Source of the DNA: an uncultured Eubacteriales bacterium
Lineage (GTDB): Bacteria; Bacillota; Clostridia; Oscillospirales; Acutalibacteraceae
Assembly (NCBI GenBank): GCA_964465845.1
Contig: CAYXMF010000002.1
Location: 1-56,598 of the forward strand
Length of the DNA: 56,598 nucleotides
Direction of reading: 5' to 3'
This document shows, piece by piece, positions 8,787-16,429 of the stretch. Position 1 is the stretch's first letter. Each line of letters opens with the position of its first letter. Under the pieces are notes generated by a model. It saw only the letters and a list, made by a program, of their open reading frames with translations. It did not search any database and had not been told where the DNA came from. A program made the position numbers and the translations under genes.

Positions 8787-9197
8787 GTGATAATTGTGTT
8801 AACAAAAATTAAATCTTATTTACAAGGGAATAAAATTAATTTTACCGAAAAAACGTTGAATATAATTGACAAAGACATATCACAAATAGAATTCACAATT
8901 AAAAAAATATTTAAAAAACATTACAACTTTCTTTTTATAGATTCAAATGATATAAAAGAAATTGAAAATACTGTTATTCTATTATCAGAAAACAAAGAAT
9001 TGTTTACAACTTATGTATATTTATTTTGCAAAACAGAACTAAAAATTAGTGATGATAAATTAACCTATATTGGTGCAAATGGAAACCAAATAATAGAATG
9101 TATTTATTATGATGAAACATTAAAAGAATTGAAATACAATAACGATATTGACACATCAAAAATTATAAAACAACTTATAAAATATTTAACCACATAA
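8787..9197 (+). CDS. hypothetical protein, very AT-rich orphan (about 133-136 aa)
   Basis: Long ORF, N/K/I-rich, with no motif I recognise. SD AAAGGAG lies at 8778-8784. The start is ambiguous between GTG 8787 and in-frame GTG 8796. A possible own promoter is TTGTGG, 17 nt spacer, TGaTATAAT (8740-8768). Confidence 0.5.
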   Translation: MIIVLTKIKSYLQGNKINFTEKTLNIIDKDISQIEFTIKKIFKKHYNFLFIDSNDIKEIENTVILLSENKELFTTYVYLFCKTELKISDDKLTYIGANGNQIIECIYYDETLKELKYNNDIDTSKIIKQLIKYLTT

Positions 9198-9227
9198 TAA
9201 GAGCCTATCAAACGATAGGCTCTTATT
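9196..9227. terminator. bidirectional hairpin terminator
   Basis: Perfect 14-bp stem AATAAGAGCCTATC / GATAGGCTCTTATT with loop AAAC, between the convergent orphan ORF and the AcnX small-subunit gene. Confidence 0.75.
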
Positions 9228-9235
9228 ATGTTTAA

Positions 9236-9676
9236 TTATTCAACTGTTACTGTTCCGTCTTCGTAAACTGTGATTTTGTCACCTGTTTTTACAGTGTTGA
9301 GGAACTCTTCGCCTAAACAGTCAACTGTTGGCATTGGAGTATCAGTCCAAACCGAACCAATGATTGCGCCTGCAGCTGCAAGTGAGTCAATATGCTCCGA
9401 GAAAAGCATACATGCAGGACATCTTTCCATAACCTTTGCACAATAAAGAACAAGACCACCTGTTGTTGAACCGATTGTCTGTGGAAGGCAAAGTGCTGTG
9501 CCTACCATTGGCTTTTCATAAATATCAGTATTATTCTGATCACCGCATTTTGCCTGCTTGTCACCAAACTGAAGTGCGCCCTGGAAGGAAGCAAGTGTAT
9601 TAAAACCACCGTGTGAAACAAGAGCTGTAGCTGTTGCTGTTCCCGGAACTACGGGACGGCCTTTAAATGTTTTCAT
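9236..9676 (-). CDS. aconitase X swivel-domain subunit (DUF126, AcnX small subunit)
   Basis: MKTFKGRPVVPGTATATALVSHGGFNTLASF is the characteristic DUF126 N-terminus. The start is reset to ATG 9676, 1 nt after the large-subunit stop. Confidence 0.8.
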   Translation of the reverse strand: MKTFKGRPVVPGTATATALVSHGGFNTLASFQGALQFGDKQAKCGDQNNTDIYEKPMVGTALCLPQTIGSTTGGLVLYCAKVMERCPACMLFSEHIDSLAAAGAIIGSVWTDTPMPTVDCLGEEFLNTVKTGDKITVYEDGTVTVE

Positions 9677-9677
9677 T

Positions 9678-10958
9678 TTATTTTGCCTCCTTTGTAATAA
9701 TGTCAAGAATCTCTTCACTTGTATAGTAACGAGATGTTGTATATGTACGAAGCTTGTTTGAGTTTGTGATTACAGGCATCTTCTTTGCAAGCGGGTTGTT
9801 CATATACATAAGAGGACAAATGTAACTGAGAACTACGCCGGTTGACTGAAGTTTTGCATATAAATCAGTCTTTTTAAACTCATCACATACTGCAGGAGGT
9901 GCTGTAAATACTGTAGGAACAGAAACTTTCTTAAGACCATTTTTCTTAAGACCTTCATAAACGTTTTCTGTCCACTCTTTAAGCTGTGCCATAGTCATAT
10001 GTGGGCAACCTACGAAGCAAAGTTTTGGAGTTGCATCAGGATTTTTCCACATAACAGGATATGAAGCCTTAACTCTTTCAAGTTCTGCATCATCAATAAC
10101 ATATACCTGAGCATTCTCAGCAATGATTTCTTCACCCATCTCAACTGCTTCTGGAGTAAGTCCTGCAATATGATAAAGACCAACTGCACCGTTTGAAGCA
10201 CAAGCTGCACCGAAGTCTTTAAGATATGCTTTATTATCAGCATTAAGCTCAGTACCAAGCCATTCGTTCATACCTTTAACATAAGGCACGTCTTCCATAA
10301 CTTTCATACCGATTGCTGAGCCGAGAATCTGTGCTTCAGGCTTCTTTGTGCATTTTACTTCAACAATCCATGTAGCTTTTCTGCCTTCATCTGTAAGAAG
10401 ACCAAAATCAGGAACAAAACCTGCAATTGAGCCCATCATTTCAATAAGGCCTGAGTTACGGTTGCAACGAGCACCGATAACTGAGTTTGCATAAGCAACA
10501 GCACTTGATTCTGCCCAAGAAAGAATATCACCTTTTTTTGGTGTGTTGCCTACTTCATCAAGATAGCAAGCACAAGTATAAGCGTTATCATCAAGAAGTC
10601 CCATCTTACGAAGCTGTTCGTTGTAAGAATCCTGTTTTGAATACATAAACTTTTTGAAAACAAAGTTCTTCAAGAAATCTGATGGAACATTTGGATCAAA
10701 AGGTTTAGGATCCACAGAAAACTTCTGTTTTGATGCAACTCCTGCATTAAGAAGCTGATCCATCAAATCAAAAACGGGAGTCATCATCTTTAAGCCGAAG
10801 CTTGTAACAAGATGTCCCTTTTCACTTGTTACGGGTACCATTTTTTCAGCACCAAATGTTTCACCGTACATAACAAGTGTTTTTATAACTTTAGCCATTA
10901 CTTCGCCCTGTTCGCCATTGAGCATTGCCTGTTGCTCAGCAGTTAACTGCATTGCCAT
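9678..10958 (-). CDS. aconitase X catalytic subunit (DUF521, AcnX large subunit)
   Basis: MAMQLTAEQQAMLNGEQGEVMAKVIK...; the VGCPH segment is typical of DUF521. The start is reset to ATG 10958, with SD AGAGGTG. Confidence 0.8.
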   Translation of the reverse strand: MAMQLTAEQQAMLNGEQGEVMAKVIKTLVMYGETFGAEKMVPVTSEKGHLVTSFGLKMMTPVFDLMDQLLNAGVASKQKFSVDPKPFDPNVPSDFLKNFVFKKFMYSKQDSYNEQLRKMGLLDDNAYTCACYLDEVGNTPKKGDILSWAESSAVAYANSVIGARCNRNSGLIEMMGSIAGFVPDFGLLTDEGRKATWIVEVKCTKKPEAQILGSAIGMKVMEDVPYVKGMNEWLGTELNADNKAYLKDFGAACASNGAVGLYHIAGLTPEAVEMGEEIIAENAQVYVIDDAELERVKASYPVMWKNPDATPKLCFVGCPHMTMAQLKEWTENVYEGLKKNGLKKVSVPTVFTAPPAVCDEFKKTDLYAKLQSTGVVLSYICPLMYMNNPLAKKMPVITNSNKLRTYTTSRYYTSEEILDIITKEAK

Positions 10959-11004
10959 TGTTATAACACCTCTTTTTAAGATTAACAAATTTTTAACAAT
11001 ATTT

Positions 11005-11033
11005 AGTTTACTCTTATTCTTTCAAAGTGTCAA
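11005..11033 (-). promoter_or_regulatory. sigma-A-like promoter of the AcnX operon
   Basis: On the minus strand: TTGACA, 17 nt spacer, TAAACT. Confidence 0.5.
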
Positions 11034-11060
11034 TGAATTTTCGATTTTTTGTTAAAAAAT

Positions 11061-11087
11061 AAACTGCCGATTAATAACCGACAGTTT
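11061..11087 (-). terminator. hairpin terminator after the dockerin-protein gene
   Basis: AAACTGTCGG...CGGCAGTTT stem (one mismatch) followed on the minus strand by a T-rich run. Confidence 0.5.
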
Positions 11088-11092
11088 AAAAT

Positions 11093-13153
11093 TTATAATG
11101 AGTCTATTTCTCCACTCTTAAATTTGAAAATCCGCAATGCATCAGCAAGTTCAACCGAGCCATTACCATCAGTATCCGCCGCTTTCAATGCAGTGCTTGA
11201 AAGAGTAACTTCACCTGATTTATACTTAAAGATCATAAGTGCGTCCGAAATAGTAACTGAATTATCAGCATCGACATCGCCTTTATTCACATTAGATGTA
11301 ACCGTAACTTTACAGGTTGCACTGTAACTGCCGACTTTAGCAGTGATTGTAGCAGTACCCTCACCTACGGCAGTGATTTTACCGTTAGAAACTGTTGCAA
11401 CTTTTGAATTTGAAGTTGACCAGGTAACTGTTTTATCATCAGTTGTGTTTGACGGATTATAAGTTACAGAAAGAGTTGATGAATCGCCTGTAAATAATGA
11501 AAGAGACGTTTTACTCAAAGAAATACTCTTTAACGAAACTTTTTCCTGACTACTGCGAATAATGTTAACGGAATATGTACGCTTATCGCCATTTTCAGCG
11601 GTAACAAGAACATTTACTGTATTGCTACCCTCTTTTAATGAAATTGTGCCTGTACCGCTTACAGTCGCTTTAGAATTAACAGTAGTTGCGCTGACTTTTA
11701 CAGAAGATACAGAAGCAGGAACTTCAATTGAATAGCCACTTGTGGTACCTGCATCAAAACCAAAATCATAGTTACCGATAGTAAGCGCTGAAAGCCAGTT
11801 GTTAGGACTTGCATTGCTTGATTCGGGTAATGCACAAGCTTCTTCAGGCATATTTCTGTAATATGGAATAATAAATGTAAAACTGTTATCAAGAATGCCT
11901 AAATTCGAATAAGTATTTCTTATCGTTTTTGACTCTGAATACGGCGCCATTACATTTGCCATATACTGATGATACCAAACCTGATTAATTACATTAAACT
12001 TTTGAAAATACAGTGTGTCTTGCTTATTGTTGATATAACCATTACCAATCCACTTTGCACCACCGATAATAGCTTTGTATTGAGAATTCCAAGGCAACAA
12101 ATACTTTGTTTTATTTGCATCAGTTGATGTTGAACCGGTAGCATATTTAAGACCGTTAGCAATAGGGTCTGTACCGGCGCTTGCACCTATGTTATAAAAA
12201 TTGTAATAGCCAGAGTAGTCTGTACCATCTTTTGCAGTATAAGTACCACTTGTTGATCCACTACCGCTCTTGCCAACCTCTTGAACAGTACGGGAAGCAA
12301 GATGATAAGGACTAACTCCTGCAATCTGTCCTGCATTGATATAAGCCTGAGCATACAGTACTTTCTCATTATTAGTATTTGCAATTTCAACATTATCCAT
12401 AAATGAGCCTGTTAAAATCTTTTTAACACCGTCAAGTGTCTGTGTTTTTTCATCATAAGAAAGTGCTTCAAACATAAACACATTTGACTCATTGAGGAAA
12501 TTACGAGGGTCCATATAATAAGCAATTACCTGAGAATTTGCCTGGTACCATCCTGCTTCATTATCAGGATTATACCACACATCGCTACGCCAATTATATG
12601 CTCCAGATTGAGTTGAACGATAAGATAACGGGTAAGATTTATATACAACATTTCTGCCAAGATAACACTCAGCCTCTTCTGTAAACAAATCACTCCAATT
12701 TAGGCCTGTATCATAAAACACAAAATTCCAATCTGGGTGAGCCGAGAGAAGTTGTTCAATATAAGGCTTATAAATTTCAGGAACACCATCAGGCATTTCA
12801 ACATCATCATTGAGTTCATTTAATTTGGCAAATCCAGTATAAATATAGCCTTTATAAACTGAACTATTATATGTAAATTGAATATGGTACCATGTTTTAT
12901 AAGTATCGTCACCGTCACTATCAACAGTATCAAGTATCGTAACAACCTCACCTGTAAAAAGTTGTACATTTGTGCCATTTACATACAATTTATTACTTAA
13001 TGTGGTTGTGGGTGATGTTCTTACATTGACATAATCTTTTGTAACTGTACCCGTTTGTGAAACGGCACTCGAAACAAAAAGTGCAGAAAAAGAAAACAGC
13101 ATTGATACAGTTAAAATTAAAGAGACAACGCTTTTCAAAATACTGTTTTTCAT
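11093..13153 (-). CDS. secreted multidomain cell-wall hydrolase: SH3b, GH73-type N-acetylglucosaminidase, cadherin-like beta-sandwich, Big_2, type I dockerin
   Basis: Signal peptide MKNSILKSVVSLILTVSMLFSFSALF. SH3b segment YVNVRTSPTT.... Glucosaminidase segment GVSPYHLASRTVQEVG. Big_2 segment TLSVTYNPSNTTDDKTVTWSTSNSKVATV. C-terminal duplicated Ca-binding dockerin repeats GDVDADNSVTISDALMIFKY and DTDGNGSVELADALRIFKF. Confidence 0.85.
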   Translation of the reverse strand: MKNSILKSVVSLILTVSMLFSFSALFVSSAVSQTGTVTKDYVNVRTSPTTTLSNKLYVNGTNVQLFTGEVVTILDTVDSDGDDTYKTWYHIQFTYNSSVYKGYIYTGFAKLNELNDDVEMPDGVPEIYKPYIEQLLSAHPDWNFVFYDTGLNWSDLFTEEAECYLGRNVVYKSYPLSYRSTQSGAYNWRSDVWYNPDNEAGWYQANSQVIAYYMDPRNFLNESNVFMFEALSYDEKTQTLDGVKKILTGSFMDNVEIANTNNEKVLYAQAYINAGQIAGVSPYHLASRTVQEVGKSGSGSTSGTYTAKDGTDYSGYYNFYNIGASAGTDPIANGLKYATGSTSTDANKTKYLLPWNSQYKAIIGGAKWIGNGYINNKQDTLYFQKFNVINQVWYHQYMANVMAPYSESKTIRNTYSNLGILDNSFTFIIPYYRNMPEEACALPESSNASPNNWLSALTIGNYDFGFDAGTTSGYSIEVPASVSSVKVSATTVNSKATVSGTGTISLKEGSNTVNVLVTAENGDKRTYSVNIIRSSQEKVSLKSISLSKTSLSLFTGDSSTLSVTYNPSNTTDDKTVTWSTSNSKVATVSNGKITAVGEGTATITAKVGSYSATCKVTVTSNVNKGDVDADNSVTISDALMIFKYKSGEVTLSSTALKAADTDGNGSVELADALRIFKFKSGEIDSL

Positions 13154-13183
13154 TTTCTCACTTCCTCGGCTTTTTATATGATT

Positions 13184-13212
13184 ATTTTACCAAAAATACA
13201 TATAATCGTCAA
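13184..13212 (-). promoter_or_regulatory. sigma-A-like promoter of the dockerin-hydrolase gene
   Basis: On the minus strand: TTGACG, 17 nt spacer, TGgTAAAAT (extended -10). Confidence 0.5.
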
Positions 13213-13230
13213 GATACATATATTGCCAAC

Positions 13231-14412
13231 CTATGAAAGAATATTTAACTTTTCATTTTCTAAATTTAAATTGTAATTATTTAACAAATATTTCGATGAA
13301 TAAAATGCATAACCATCCAAAGATTGATTATTTAAAATTGAATCAATCTGCTTTTTTAAAATATTACTGTTATCAATCCACTCATTACTGCCTGACTTAG
13401 CATAAACGTCAACTTCACCTGATTTATAGACTGACAATCCAATTGCAATTTTAACATTTTCTGATTTCAGTTCGGACCACTTGTTTAACAAATCAGCAAA
13501 AGGCATGGTTTCGTGTTCAAAGCCAAAATAAAGCTGCGGTATCAAATAATCTGCATAACCGTGCTCAGATGCCCATAATGCAACATCCGCATAATACACA
13601 CTGTAATTAGTTTCAATGTCAGCTGAGGGACTAATCGAAAAACACATATCTTCTCCATAAGACTTAACAATCGAATATATTGATGAAATCATAGTATTTA
13701 TATTTTCCCTTCTGAAGTTTTCAAGGGAAAGTGTACCACCATTATTTATATATTGTAAGTAAAATTCGGTATCAATGCTTTCGTCGGTTGTAGGGTAAAA
13801 GTAATCGTCAATGTGAATTCCATCAATAGAATAGTTATTTAATATTTCTTTTATACCATCAAGAATATATTTTTGAACTTCGATTGATGCAGGATTATAA
13901 AATATGCTGTTTTCAGTAATTATTATCCTTTGATCAAGTGCGTTTTGTTCGTACCACTTGCCTGCAAGACTATTTTTATTAATTAAATCAGCATTGTTGT
14001 CATTTCTTATTCTGTACGGGTTTATCCACGCATGCACTTCAATGTTATATTTCGCAGAGTTTTCAATAAAAGCATCTAAAATATCAAATTTTAGATTACC
14101 GCTATCATCACAGCAATATATACTTGGTGTAAAAACTTCTGAACTGTAAAAGCAATCATCAAAGGCTCTGCAATGTAGAAAAACCGTATTAATTTTATAT
14201 TTTACAAACTCTGAAAGCATTTCATTGATTTCTTCATTTAATTCTTCAGTAGTACTGCATTTACTGACAAGCGAATGGATTTCGTTATAATTGATCCAAA
14301 CCCCAACAATATCTTCTTGGACTTCTACACTTTTATCTTCATAAAGTTTATCTTGTTGACAACCATAAAATGCAAACACAAAGCATAAAAATAAAATATA
14401 TATTCGTTTCAA
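13231..14412 (-). CDS. lipoprotein, glycosyl-hydrolase-like family 10 (GHL10 / YngK-like)
   Basis: Lipobox FAFYGC after a short hydrophobic N-terminus. Family-typical VHAWINPYR and GIHIDDYFYP motifs. Confidence 0.75.
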   Translation of the reverse strand: MKRIYILFLCFVFAFYGCQQDKLYEDKSVEVQEDIVGVWINYNEIHSLVSKCSTTEELNEEINEMLSEFVKYKINTVFLHCRAFDDCFYSSEVFTPSIYCCDDSGNLKFDILDAFIENSAKYNIEVHAWINPYRIRNDNNADLINKNSLAGKWYEQNALDQRIIITENSIFYNPASIEVQKYILDGIKEILNNYSIDGIHIDDYFYPTTDESIDTEFYLQYINNGGTLSLENFRRENINTMISSIYSIVKSYGEDMCFSISPSADIETNYSVYYADVALWASEHGYADYLIPQLYFGFEHETMPFADLLNKWSELKSENVKIAIGLSVYKSGEVDVYAKSGSNEWIDNSNILKKQIDSILNNQSLDGYAFYSSKYLLNNYNLNLENEKLNILS

Positions 14413-14442
14413 AAAATCACCAAAAATTTTTATTAAAAAGTA

Positions 14443-14470
14443 TTGACATAAACAAAATGTGTGATATAAT
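14443..14470 (+). promoter_or_regulatory. sigma-A-like promoter of the perR-rbr operon
   Basis: TTGACA (14443-14448), 16 nt spacer, extended -10 TGaTATAAT (TATAAT at 14465-14470). Confidence 0.65.
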
Positions 14471-14472
14471 AA

Positions 14473-14487
14473 CAGTAATCATTACTG
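14473..14487. promoter_or_regulatory. Fur/PerR-type 7-1-7 operator
   Basis: Perfect palindrome CAGTAAT-C-ATTACTG, 2 nt downstream of the -10. It has the same architecture as the Fur/PerR box (TGATAATnATTATCA / TTATAATnATTATAA). Confidence 0.6.
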
Positions 14488-14503
14488 ATAAGGAGTGAGA
14501 ACA

Positions 14504-14884
14504 ATGGCAATAGAAAGAAAGAGTAAACAGCGCGAAGCAATAATAACTGAATTGCAAGGCCGCTATGACCACCCAACTGCAATGGAACTTTATCTGTCAG
14601 TCAGAGAAAAAATTTCAAATTTAAGTTTGGGAACGCTTTACAGAAATCTTTCACAGCTTGAAGAATGCGGTATGGTATTAAGAATACCCGACGGTTCTAC
14701 CGACCGTTTTGACGGAAATGTTAATCCACACGCACACTTTAAATGTTCGTCCTGTGGTAATGTATATGATTTAATGTCATTTAAAAATGACACTATAACA
14801 TTCTCTGATGAGATTGTTGGAAAAGTAACCAATTACAGTTTAATGGCGTTTGGTTTATGCAAAAACTGTAATAATCAAAATTAA
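14504..14884 (+). CDS. perR: Fur-family transcriptional repressor, probably peroxide regulator PerR
   Basis: Fur-family DNA-binding N-terminus (QREAIITEL...HPTAMELY) and two CxxC pairs (CSSCGN, CKNCNN). It sits directly upstream of rubrerythrin. The start is ATG 14504. Confidence 0.8.
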   Translation: MAIERKSKQREAIITELQGRYDHPTAMELYLSVREKISNLSLGTLYRNLSQLEECGMVLRIPDGSTDRFDGNVNPHAHFKCSSCGNVYDLMSFKNDTITFSDEIVGKVTNYSLMAFGLCKNCNNQN

Positions 14885-14908
14885 AATTATTTTTTGGAGG
14901 AAAAAACT

Positions 14909-15454
14909 ATGAAAAAATTTGTATGCTCAGTTTGCGGTTATGTTCACGAAGGAGATTCAGCACCAGAAAGATGCCCACAGTGCAGAGTTCCTGCAGATAA
15001 GTTCAATGAAATCAAAGATGAAGAAAGAACTTGGGCTGCTGAACACGTTGTAGGTGTTGCAGAAGGCGCTCCAGAAGACATCATCATGGATCTTCGCGCT
15101 AACTTTGAAGGCGAATGTTCAGAAGTTGGTATGTATCTCGCGATGGCACGAGTTGCACACCGTGAAGGCTACCCTGAAATCGGTCTTTATTGGGAAAAGG
15201 CAGCTTATGAAGAGGCTGAACACGCAGCTAAATTTGCAGAGCTTCTGGGTGAAGTTGTAACAGCAAGCACAAAGAAAAACCTTGAAATGAGAGTAGATGC
15301 TGAAAACGGCGCAACAGCTGGTAAATTTGACCTTGCAAAACGCGCTAAAGAACTCGGTCTTGATGCAATTCACGATACAGTACATGAAATGGCACGTGAC
15401 GAGGCAAGACACGGTAAGGCTTTTGAAGGTCTTCTTGCAAGATACTTTGGCTAA
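14909..15454 (+). CDS. rbr: reverse rubrerythrin (N-terminal rubredoxin-like domain, C-terminal di-iron ferritin-like domain)
   Basis: CSVCGY...CPQC at the N-terminus, then E..EEAEH and E.ARH di-iron motifs. ATG 14909 follows the GGAGG SD. Confidence 0.88.
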   Translation: MKKFVCSVCGYVHEGDSAPERCPQCRVPADKFNEIKDEERTWAAEHVVGVAEGAPEDIIMDLRANFEGECSEVGMYLAMARVAHREGYPEIGLYWEKAAYEEAEHAAKFAELLGEVVTASTKKNLEMRVDAENGATAGKFDLAKRAKELGLDAIHDTVHEMARDEARHGKAFEGLLARYFG

Positions 15455-15473
15455 TACTTAAACTTATAAGAAA

Positions 15474-15504
15474 ATGTCCCAATGAATTTCATTGGGACAT
15501 TTTT
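15474..15504. terminator. bidirectional terminator between rbr and spoVM
   Basis: ATGTCCCAATG / CATTGGGACAT 11-bp perfect stem with a 5-nt loop, and T-runs on both strands. Confidence 0.8.
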
Positions 15505-15585
15505 CTATGTTGACTTTTTAATTCCAAAAAACTTTCTTAAAATTCCACTTAAAACCTTAGGACTCTTCACTAATACAACTTTCAT
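15505..15585 (-). CDS. spoVM: stage V sporulation protein M (26 aa), not in the ORF track
   Basis: My translation is MKVVLVKSPKVLSGILRKFFGIKKST. It has the same length as B. subtilis SpoVM (MKFYTIKLPKFLGGIVRAMLGSFRKD, from memory) and about 10 identical positions. AGGAGGA SD is present. Its position after thiN matches B. subtilis. Confidence 0.8.
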   Translation of the reverse strand: MKVVLVKSPKVLSGILRKFFGIKKST

Positions 15586-15595
15586 AAAAATCCTC

Positions 15596-15742
15596 CTATG
15601 CTCTGCAAAGGGCGGCACCGCAAATTATAAGTGCTACTGCAAGTAACACAATTACGAATTTTTCAGGAAGAATTAAAGAAATAATCAAGCCAAGGCCTAA
15701 GGCAACAAAAATAAATCCTTTTGCTCCTGATCGTCTTCCCAT
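15596..15742 (-). CDS. small membrane protein (48 aa), not in the ORF track
   Basis: My translation is MGRRSGAKGFIFVALGLGLIISLILPEKFVIVLLAVALIICGAALCRA, with two hydrophobic helices. SD GGGGG lies 7 nt upstream. Its stop codon TAG overlaps the spoVM SD. Confidence 0.55.
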   Translation of the reverse strand: MGRRSGAKGFIFVALGLGLIISLILPEKFVIVLLAVALIICGAALCRA

Positions 15743-15749
15743 AAAAATA

Positions 15750-15786
15750 CCCCCTGCTATGTATTTACTACATTATACGCAAGGGG
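15750..15786 (-). terminator. hairpin downstream of thiN (possible attenuating terminator)
   Basis: Minus-strand RNA forms CCCCTTGC / GCAGGGGG (8 bp including a G-U pair) with a 21-nt loop, followed by TATTTTT. The 3' arm contains the SD of the 48-aa sORF. Confidence 0.4.
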
Positions 15787-15796
15787 TATATTTTTG

Positions 15797-16429
15797 TTAC
15801 ACGCGCGTTTCAACAATAATCAATGTACCGTTTTCAACTGATATTTCACCAAACTCATCAACAATATCATTACTTGTGCCTAAAGCGCCGTCAAACGGGT
15901 CAAGAGTATATTCGTTCAAAGTGTAGTGAAATCCTTTTCCAGTAACTCCAAACGCCTTATTACCATACGCAAAAACTGAAATCTGCTGATTACTTTTTCG
16001 TCTTATTTTAAGCAAAGAATTTGTTATACTTCTGAAAATGTGTTTATCATCAACAATTTCAAAATAAACATTTGACTTTGACGCATTTGCCATAAGTGAA
16101 ATATTAGCAAATGTATGTTCAAATCTTCCGCCTGTACCACCAAAGAGGACAAAATGCTCAAATCCAAGCTTTACACCCTCATCAAACGCTGCCACGCTGT
16201 CTGTGACGTCTTTTTCGACAGGAAGAATAATCTTATCAATGTCATCAGGAACAGTCGTTATAGAGTCAAAATCGCCAATTAAAAAATCAGGTTCAATTCC
16301 GGCTGTTTTAGCAATATCAAAACCGCTGTCGGCACAGATTATAAAATCGTCAGTACGAATGTTATCTAGCAATATGTTAGCGGAGCACTCTCCCCCGCCT
16401 ATTATTACACATCTTCTTTCAGTTCCCAT
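15797..16429 (-). CDS. thiN: thiamine pyrophosphokinase
   Basis: GTGGRFEH motif, 210 aa. It overlaps the rsgA 3' end by 25 nt. Synteny matches B. subtilis yloS. Confidence 0.88.
   Translation of the reverse strand: MGTERRCVIIGGGECSANILLDNIRTDDFIICADSGFDIAKTAGIEPDFLIGDFDSITTVPDDIDKIILPVEKDVTDSVAAFDEGVKLGFEHFVLFGGTGGRFEHTFANISLMANASKSNVYFEIVDDKHIFRSITNSLLKIRRKSNQQISVFAYGNKAFGVTGKGFHYTLNEYTLDPFDGALGTSNDIVDEFGEISVENGTLIIVETRV

Noticed and set aside
8620-9227. A possible tRNA-Ser-targeted integrative element carrying the AT-rich orphan.
   Set aside because: There is no integrase. I could not find a direct repeat of the tRNA 3' end (GGTTCGAATCCCTTGCTCTCC) downstream. The segment is only about 0.5 kb.
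11093-11300. An apparent DNA-level tandem duplication at the 3' end of the 686-aa gene.
   Set aside because: It is the protein-level duplicated 22-residue dockerin repeat. The nucleotide identity between the two copies is low.
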